The position numbers and the translations under genes are program-made. The notes under the pieces are model-generated. The model saw only the letters and a list, made by a program, of their open reading frames with translations, was not told the origin of the DNA and made no database searches. DNA of 64,000 nt from a virus. Taxonomy: Duplodnaviria > Caudoviricetes. This document shows positions 57,738-64,000 of the stretch, in pieces. Location of the stretch: IMG/VR virus record IMGVR_UViG_3300037067_003771, positions 1-64,000 of that record. One strand, written 5' to 3'. Numbering within the stretch: position 1 is the first letter of the stretch; each line of letters opens with the position of its first letter.

Positions 57738-58049
57738 TTATTCAAATATTTTATCAATAAAATTAAGAATACTTTCTAATTTTTTTCTTCTATACATACC
57801 AAACCGTGGAGCGTAGTTTCCTTGACCACCAGCCACAGATATATTTCCGGCAGTTGATGTGGTTATTCCTGCATCTGCCTCTTCTTCAACATTTCCAGTT
57901 AAAGCATCAAGTTTTTTCTGGATATCTTCTTTTTGCTTTTGTAATTTCTCTAACTCAAGATTATGCATATCAACTTTTTTTTGTATATCATCTTTTTGTT
58001 TATTCAACATATTAAGTTGATTTTGTATTTGCTCTAAATTTTGTGGCAT
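57738..58049 (-). CDS. Hypothetical coiled-coil protein
   Basis: Heptad repeat QKDDIQKK/QKEDIQKK. Confidence 0.6.
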   Translation of the reverse strand: MPQNLEQIQNQLNMLNKQKDDIQKKVDMHNLELEKLQKQKEDIQKKLDALTGNVEEEADAGITTSTAGNISVAGGQGNYAPRFGMYRRKKLESILNFIDKIFE

Positions 58050-58051
58050 GT

Positions 58052-58321
58052 TTAATCCTTTTTATTATCTTCGGTCATGTAAAATTTTATTCTATTACAC
58101 ATATGAGCTACGACATCTAACACCGTACAAAAAAGACCATTTTCTATTTTTTCAGCAACAGTCTTTCTAAATTTCAATAAAATAAAAGTTGAAATACTTT
58201 TACCAATCACTTTACATATCGGCTCTACTTGTTTAATCATTTTTTCTTTTGAATAGTATTTCATAAACGCCGAAATTGCAATCAAAACTCCAACACTTGT
58301 TAACCATGCTGTTGTTACCAT
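58052..58321 (-). CDS. Small membrane protein
   Basis: N-terminal hydrophobic helix; GGGGA RBS. Confidence 0.55.
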   Translation of the reverse strand: MVTTAWLTSVGVLIAISAFMKYYSKEKMIKQVEPICKVIGKSISTFILLKFRKTVAEKIENGLFCTVLDVVAHMCNRIKFYMTEDNKKD

Positions 58322-58334
58322 AACATCCCCTATG

Positions 58335-58679
58335 TTAATGTTTACTTCTTATGTTTTTAATTTCTTTCAATGACTCGTCACCTTCAAGTAATGAAATAAG
58401 ATCATCAACATCAATAAGTCCACACAAACATAAACAGATGTATCTGTCAATATTATTTATATGTTTTAAGTTTTTAATTCTTTCGTGATAATTTTTCTTA
58501 ATTAAAATAGCATCAACAGTAGAAAGTCGAGTTATTTCTTCAGATAATATAGAATCTACTTCTTTTTGTATTTCAACAAGAAAACTATCCACATTAATTG
58601 TACTAAAATAATTTTTATCTAATAAATCTTGACTGAAGCATAAACAGACCAGAATTAGAATACCAATAAAAACTTTCAT
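58335..58679 (-). CDS. Protein with signal-peptide-like N-terminus
   Basis: MKVFIGILILVCLCFS/QD. Confidence 0.6.
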   Translation of the reverse strand: MKVFIGILILVCLCFSQDLLDKNYFSTINVDSFLVEIQKEVDSILSEEITRLSTVDAILIKKNYHERIKNLKHINNIDRYICLCLCGLIDVDDLISLLEGDESLKEIKNIRSKH

Positions 58680-58687
58680 GTTGTCCT

Positions 58688-59071
58688 TTATGAAGTTTGA
58701 ACGTCAATATTAAGTTTAATGCCTTTATATTCATTATTAGGAAAAGCAGTTGCCCACTTTTTAACTAAATCTCCGCCAATATTTTGTTTGAATATAATAT
58801 TAACAGTGTCATCTTCTTTTTTAGTTTCATAATTATAACCATCAAATGACTTAACAATAACATTAATTAATTCTTTTTCTTCTTGAGACAAATCAGGTTT
58901 ATTGGTTACAGGATCAATTATTTTTTCTGGTTCATTATTTTTAATATTATTATATCCAAAATCATAACTATTATTTCCTAGAACTTCATCGACTCTTTTT
59001 AAGAAAGGAGAGCGTTCTTCATTTTCATTTAAATCTTTTAATTTAGTATCGATATAATCAGTTGATTTCAT
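58688..59071 (-). CDS. Hypothetical protein
   Basis: 127-aa ORF with GAGG RBS. Confidence 0.55.
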   Translation of the reverse strand: MKSTDYIDTKLKDLNENEERSPFLKRVDEVLGNNSYDFGYNNIKNNEPEKIIDPVTNKPDLSQEEKELINVIVKSFDGYNYETKKEDDTVNIIFKQNIGGDLVKKWATAFPNNEYKGIKLNIDVQTS

Positions 59072-59495
59072 CTTTTATTTCCTCATGTTGAATTGATTCT
59101 ACTATTAAAGAATTTATTATATCTTCAATTGGCATTTGATATGACTCAGCCAATTTATCTATATCTCGTTTTATTCTTATTATTTCTGCTCTTTGATTTA
59201 CAGTACCTTTAACAATCAATTTATTATAGAAATCATTTGATAATGTTGCTAAATAAAGGAATGAATTTAAACTTACTAATTTTGATCCTAATAATCTTTT
59301 TAATTTAAATACCAATTTATCTAATACTGTTAAGGCCGATCTTTCTTCTTCTGTTTTTGGTTGTTTAATTACACGTCCGGCATTATTAACTAACTTTAGA
59401 GAAAAGGCTTTGCTTCTCGTTATGGGTGTAACTAAACGCTTAATTAAAAGATACGATATTATTGAATCTAAATTTTCTTTTTGATCTACGCTCAT
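59058..59495 (-). CDS. Conserved T4-like hypothetical protein
   Basis: YLLIKRLVTP...AFSLKLV...G.VIK.P...EE..ALT.LD.LVFKLKRLL pattern recalled from T4-like phages. Confidence 0.6.
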   Translation of the reverse strand: MSVDQKENLDSIISYLLIKRLVTPITRSKAFSLKLVNNAGRVIKQPKTEEERSALTVLDKLVFKLKRLLGSKLVSLNSFLYLATLSNDFYNKLIVKGTVNQRAEIIRIKRDIDKLAESYQMPIEDIINSLIVESIQHEEIKDEIN

Positions 59496-59893
59496 TTAGG
59501 CTCCAATAAAATTTTTGCCATTCGTTTTTCTATATTATCAAGAAATTTATGATATTCTTTATACAGAATATCTTTTACTTTTTTGTTTGTTTTTTCTAAT
59601 TCTTTATCATTTTTATTTTTAACAACTTTTCTTAATTCTACTTTTATTCTTGAACTAAAATCACCTGTTGATGGAAAAATACTATCAATATAATTTGATA
59701 ATCTTTCAATAAATTTTGAATCTAAAGGAACTTTACCATCATTATAGTTAGAATTTGTATCCTTGACATTAGGATCATTTGCTTTATTTTGATCCTTCTC
59801 AATATCAGGGATATTTAGTCTATCTCTTATACGACCAAATTTTCCGTTTATGTCCGTGAATAGTTCTTCATATGCTTCGTCTAGTAATGTCAT
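59492..59893 (-). CDS. Hypothetical protein
   Basis: 133-aa ORF starting MTLLDEAYEE. Confidence 0.55.
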   Translation of the reverse strand: MTLLDEAYEELFTDINGKFGRIRDRLNIPDIEKDQNKANDPNVKDTNSNYNDGKVPLDSKFIERLSNYIDSIFPSTGDFSSRIKVELRKVVKNKNDKELEKTNKKVKDILYKEYHKFLDNIEKRMAKILLEPK

Positions 59894-59895
59894 TA

Positions 59896-60186
59896 TTATT
59901 TTCTCTTGTAGTATTTTAATTCACCATTAATATCTATATATTCTAAAATTTTTCCTTCTGTAGATTGTGACCATCTTAAAATTATTATTGAATTTTCAGT
60001 TTTTATTGAATGTATTCCTCTTTTAGATTCCGGAACATAAACAGATGTATGACAACTAGGACACAACCAAATTCTATTATAATTATTATTTTTTCCACCA
60101 CATTCAATTGGAATAATGTGGTGGAAATTTATTTGGAATCTATTCTCAGTTTGATATTCACAACATGGAAACTCACAATAATACAT
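59896..60186 (-). CDS. Small HNH endonuclease
   Basis: CEFPCC; HHIIP...GG...NRIWLCPSCH. Confidence 0.8.
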   Translation of the reverse strand: MYYCEFPCCEYQTENRFQINFHHIIPIECGGKNNNYNRIWLCPSCHTSVYVPESKRGIHSIKTENSIIILRWSQSTEGKILEYIDINGELKYYKRK

Positions 60187-60194
60187 AAACAGTC

Positions 60195-60638
60195 TTATTC
60201 ATTATCTTCAGTTTTTTCAGGCTCATTATTTTCTTCTGTTTCATCATTCTCTTCTGAAGTTTCGCCTTGTTCTGCTTTTAATTCATTTTCCATTTTTTCT
60301 AATGCATCATAATAAAATTCAAATTCTGCCAAATGATCAAGAGCAATTTTTTTTGCCAATTCATTATTGGTTGTGTGTTCTTTCATTTCAACATCTATAC
60401 CTTTAGCTAGTTGTTCAGGATTAGCATCTTTTTCTGTAAATCCTTTTTCATTTGCTTTTCCTGCATTCCAAAAATCTGCAACAAAGTCAATTTGATCAGG
60501 AGAAACAGAATCAACATCTCCACTAACTTCTAGTTCTTTGTTATCATCAGTATTAACTTCAAAGTCTAATGAATCGCTATCATCTTCATATAGATAATGA
60601 TTTGCACGACTTAAATAGTTCTTTCTTATATCATTCAT
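60195..60638 (-). CDS. Acidic protein with DUF5661-like domain
   Basis: QLAKGIDVE..EHT...AKKIALDHL.E...YY..L..ME; leader YLSRANHYLYEDD. Confidence 0.65.
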   Translation of the reverse strand: MNDIRKNYLSRANHYLYEDDSDSLDFEVNTDDNKELEVSGDVDSVSPDQIDFVADFWNAGKANEKGFTEKDANPEQLAKGIDVEMKEHTTNNELAKKIALDHLAEFEFYYDALEKMENELKAEQGETSEENDETEENNEPEKTEDNE

Positions 60639-60662
60639 TTGTTCCTTCTTTCTAAAATTGTT

Positions 60663-60680
60663 TATTTATAAGTATTTATA
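60663..60680 (-). promoter_or_regulatory. Tandem T4-type late promoters
   Basis: TATAAATA at 60663-60670 and 60673-60680. Confidence 0.7.
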
Positions 60681-60692
60681 TATTTTAAATTA

Positions 60693-62033
60693 TTATTCAT
60701 AAATAACAGTCATATCCACCGTAACAGCATTTACTATTGTTAATCCCGTACTAAACGGTAAATTATATTCCAACCCAAACGGTGTCACACCATTATCAGG
60801 ATCAACAATAGCAATTATAGTTCCTGCGGATGTAGTATTATCATATATAGTTACAGTACCATTAGCGGGTTGATTCATAATCACCCTTTGGAGTGTTCCA
60901 GAACCATATTTACAAACCGTAGTCGATCCAGTTGTTATTCTTTTATATGTTGGTAATGATGTTTCTTGTCCTGTTCTCAATATTGCTGCCGCCAAACAAT
61001 CAAATATAACATTAGCAGTTTGGCCCGAATAATTTGTATTTTCTATTCTAATTGGTAATGTTAAAAAATTTGTCAATATTCCATTAGAAACAGAATGTAA
61101 TTTATATCCATCAATATAAAAATATACTGTTAAGGGTGTCCACTCAATTTCTAATTTATGATATGAATTATCGACTATATATGATAAACCCAAATTACCA
61201 TTAAATGTTCCATTTGGAACTTTAATATCAGAACCGCCTCGCCTTGTCACTAAATTAAATGTTGAACCATCAAGTTCAAAGAAAAAACCATCAGCATCAT
61301 CATATGCACCAATTCTTCTATAGTTATTTGTTGTTGCAGATGTTGTTACTCTTGCATATCCAACAAAATAATTAGTTGTTCCAATAATAAATCTTCCTCT
61401 TATATTACTAGTATATTTAATTGACGCATTAGCAGAAGTATTAGTTCTTAATTGTATATCCCCACTTTGAGATGCTGATGCACCATTGACTATACTTTCT
61501 GTCCAAAAATTTATGTCCTTTATTGCCCCATCAAAATTACTACCAACTAATTTTACATATGTAGCAACCCCCAGCATATTTGTTTCTGTTACTTCAACTA
61601 TTTCATCACCATCTCTACCAACTATTACACTTTCAGTTTTTAATCTGCCACTTTCTGTTAATGCTTGTGGTAATGCCTCTACTATCGGACACATCACAGT
61701 TTGCAATCTAAAAAATGATGTTGCTGAAACTTCATTATTAACCACTCTAACTCTAGCATACGAATTCACTGCTTGTTCAGTTATTCCCAATCCAACTTCA
61801 GAAGAACGATATTGATATAAATTTGTTAAATCCCAATTATATCCATCCGGAGATTGGTCAATATACACATAACAATTTCTATCTGTATGTAAACTTACTT
61901 GTATACCATTTACACCCAATGTAGATGCTGATGTTCCTGTATATGTTCCATATGCACTCAAATTTGTGCTTGATGAATTTCCATCAGAAACAATAACATT
62001 TTGTTTTATATTAACATCTTTTAAATAACTCAT
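60693..62033 (-). CDS. Virion protein with ConA-like domain
   Basis: DGFFFE; YHKLEIEW...VYFYIDG; C-terminal GTVTIYD...F.TGL.I small beta domain. Confidence 0.6.
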   Translation of the reverse strand: MSYLKDVNIKQNVIVSDGNSSSTNLSAYGTYTGTSASTLGVNGIQVSLHTDRNCYVYIDQSPDGYNWDLTNLYQYRSSEVGLGITEQAVNSYARVRVVNNEVSATSFFRLQTVMCPIVEALPQALTESGRLKTESVIVGRDGDEIVEVTETNMLGVATYVKLVGSNFDGAIKDINFWTESIVNGASASQSGDIQLRTNTSANASIKYTSNIRGRFIIGTTNYFVGYARVTTSATTNNYRRIGAYDDADGFFFELDGSTFNLVTRRGGSDIKVPNGTFNGNLGLSYIVDNSYHKLEIEWTPLTVYFYIDGYKLHSVSNGILTNFLTLPIRIENTNYSGQTANVIFDCLAAAILRTGQETSLPTYKRITTGSTTVCKYGSGTLQRVIMNQPANGTVTIYDNTTSAGTIIAIVDPDNGVTPFGLEYNLPFSTGLTIVNAVTVDMTVIYE

Positions 62034-62045
62034 TTTATTTCCTTT

Positions 62046-62702
62046 TTATAATATCCAATATTGTGTATTATCACTAATTACTTGTAAATTTTCATATTGA
62101 GAAATTGGTTGATATATTTCACCGTCAATAGTCGTCCCACCAATTATATCAGAATTTGCACTTACTATTCCAACGCCGACATTTTTTATATTAAATACTT
62201 TACCATTTGCTGGAATTGGTAAATTAACAGAATATGAACTCCCACTACAAATAATAACATCATCATTGGCAGATATATCATATGTTTCAGTTTTAGTTAC
62301 TATATTTAATTTTAATCCAGCAACATAAACCGACCGATCTAACATTTCATTAATTGCTAATTGAACATTATCACCCGATAAAACAGTTCCAGAATTATCA
62401 AACCAAATTTCATCTGCATCATAATCGCCAGATAAAGGCTCAATATGACCAACTCTTCCATTAAATTCATTAACCCCAGCGGATAACATTGTTGCAGAAA
62501 TGTCACCGATATTCATATCAATTTCAATAATAGCGTCATCAATATTAGATGATGATAAACTTGTAGATGAAAAATCTGATGTTAATAATTGTTCTCTTGT
62601 TATATTTTTAGTAGCTGATGTAGATACATCAACCACAACAAACATATCACTATTATCAGCTAGAACTAAATTAGTTAATTCTGTTATTTTCTTTGATGGC
62701 AT
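62046..62702 (-). CDS. Fibre-like virion protein
   Basis: KKITELT...VVD..TKNIT; NV..AI.E repeats; FNGRVG; VNLP...GK.F.IK...TIDG...W C-terminal domain. Confidence 0.6.
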   Translation of the reverse strand: MPSKKITELTNLVLADNSDMFVVVDVSTSATKNITREQLLTSDFSSTSLSSSNIDDAIIEIDMNIGDISATMLSAGVNEFNGRVGHIEPLSGDYDADEIWFDNSGTVLSGDNVQLAINEMLDRSVYVAGLKLNIVTKTETYDISANDDVIICSGSSYSVNLPIPANGKVFNIKNVGVGIVSANSDIIGGTTIDGEIYQPISQYENLQVISDNTQYWIL

Positions 62703-62703
62703 G

Positions 62704-63234
62704 TTATTCCAATATTAAAAAGTCTTCATCTTCTGTTTCTAATAAATATTCATTTTCTTCTAAAATAAAATTTTCATATAATTTTGTTGCTTCACATTTA
62801 CATTGGGGAATCCAAACATCATTATACTTATATTCCTGAAAAAGCGTATCACCATCTTGTACAATTCTCCATGTACCATTTTCATCTTCCCCAAAATATT
62901 TAGGATTCAATGATCTATTATTAACAGCGGCAAGGGCAATTAAATTTGCATCCCTATCACCAATACCACCGGAACCCCAAATTGGATATGTTCTTAATTG
63001 AGATAAAAAATCAACATCATGTTTTAACTTTTCAACTATGTCATCAACACTAGGAATATTTTTCTTTTTTACTTCTTTTTGTTTAACATAAACAGTTTTT
63101 ATAACTGGTTTTTCTTTAGGTTTTATTTCAACATTAATATCTTTAACGTAAACATCTAAATCACCAATAAAAGAATCCTCATTTAATGATTTTAAATATT
63201 TAAATATTTCATTTTTTTCAAATTCAGAGATCAT
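62704..63234 (-). CDS. Hypothetical protein
   Basis: GSGG linker; C-terminal YLLETEDEDFLILE. Confidence 0.55.
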   Translation of the reverse strand: MISEFEKNEIFKYLKSLNEDSFIGDLDVYVKDINVEIKPKEKPVIKTVYVKQKEVKKKNIPSVDDIVEKLKHDVDFLSQLRTYPIWGSGGIGDRDANLIALAAVNNRSLNPKYFGEDENGTWRIVQDGDTLFQEYKYNDVWIPQCKCEATKLYENFILEENEYLLETEDEDFLILE

Positions 63235-63521
63235 TTTATTAATTCTTTTAATTTTTTAATTATAATTTCAGATTCTAAGAATGTATCACCTTGAGTAGTG
63301 AATTCTTCATTTTCATTTATATAATTAAACAATTTAAATTTTTCTATATAATCTTTTTCTACATCATGATTATTTTTCAATAGTACCAACTTAACAATAT
63401 CGTAATCTTCCAAACCTTCTTTTAAAAGAATGAAATTTTTTAATGTTTTAATTTCATTTTCAGATAAAATTTTCTTATCTTTATTTTCCATCTTCTCTCT
63501 TATTTTTTTAAAATCATTCAT
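63231..63521 (-). CDS. Hypothetical protein
   Basis: Probable start MNDFKK behind AAGGA. Confidence 0.5.
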   Translation of the reverse strand: MNDFKKIREKMENKDKKILSENEIKTLKNFILLKEGLEDYDIVKLVLLKNNHDVEKDYIEKFKLFNYINENEEFTTQGDTFLESEIIIKKLKELIK

Positions 63522-63531
63522 GATTATTCCT

Positions 63532-63972
63532 TTATAAATTATATACTTTAATAAAACCATCTGAATTTGTGTTAAATGATAACACACTTCCAGTTAGAAT
63601 ATCTTTTTCTTCTGTACAATCAAAATAATAAACAGGGCATCCTGTATCAAGATGATATAATGCAGCAAATCTAACATTATTTATATCAGCAGATGATGCC
63701 GACACATTTATACTATCACAATGAAAATAAACAGTATTTGAATTTATACTTGCTGATGTACCTGTACATAATATTCCACCTTCTGCATCATATGATGTTC
63801 CTGAAACAGCACTAATTTCATATGCAGACAGATCAGAATATGCTGATATATTACCCAAAACTGTATTGCTATATGAACCTTCACATAACATCAATTTAAA
63901 ATTATCAGCATCACAATCAATTTGTTTTATAAGTAAATTATAAATAAAAAATTTTGAAACAAAATCAGACAT
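63532..63972 (-). CDS. Putative virion structural protein
   Basis: FKLML...Y...D...E.S..GT.Y..GG...A.LY pattern; Ser-Ala rich. Confidence 0.55.
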   Translation of the reverse strand: MSDFVSKFFIYNLLIKQIDCDADNFKLMLCEGSYSNTVLGNISAYSDLSAYEISAVSGTSYDAEGGILCTGTSASINSNTVYFHCDSINVSASSADINNVRFAALYHLDTGCPVYYFDCTEEKDILTGSVLSFNTNSDGFIKVYNL

Positions 63973-64000
63973 ATATTATCCTTTACCATTGACTCCACGG

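Noticed and set aside
58052-58679. Holin/spanin lysis cassette
   Set aside because: No endolysin nearby and no convincing lipobox; only hydrophobic N-termini are supported.
20-62718. Plus-strand ORFs and short nested minus-strand ORFs in the ORF track
   Set aside because: They overlap well-supported minus-strand genes, show no recognisable motifs and read like shadow frames.
1-64000. Stop-codon reassignment
   Set aside because: Core genes are full length in the standard code, and TAA, TAG and TGA all end genes at expected positions.
1-64000. tRNA or rRNA genes
   Set aside because: Intergenic spaces are short and no cloverleaf or TTCGA arm context was seen.

Overview
AT-rich, standard-code DNA from a large T4-like (Tevenvirinae-related, probably jumbo) myophage. 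Almost all genes lie on the minus strand and form the virion morphogenesis region. In transcription order: portal (gp20), prohead core, protease (gp21), scaffold (gp22), major capsid (gp23), neck (gp13), gp15, small and large terminase, sheath (gp18), tube (gp19), gp26/gp51-like chaperones, tape measure with an M15 peptidase, gp48/53/27/5/25/6-like baseplate genes, a long block of fibre/adhesin genes, gp7-like, gp3-like and regA. T4-type late promoter boxes (TATAAATA) precede many genes. Standout features: (1) terL is fractured by an atypically split intein around a free-standing HNH gene and also carries a cis mini-intein. (2) A shared ~60-nt structured element sits beside two unrelated homing endonuclease genes. 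(3) Two GT2-like glycosyltransferases sit directly behind fibre genes, and outer virion proteins are visibly rich in X-Ser-Ala motifs, suggesting virion glycosylation. (4) About 15 accessory genes share capsid-targeting-like leaders, four of them with ADP-ribosyltransferase-like folds. (5) An IS1341-like tnpB element carries phage late promoters at both ends. All product calls come from motif recognition by eye; no database searches were run.
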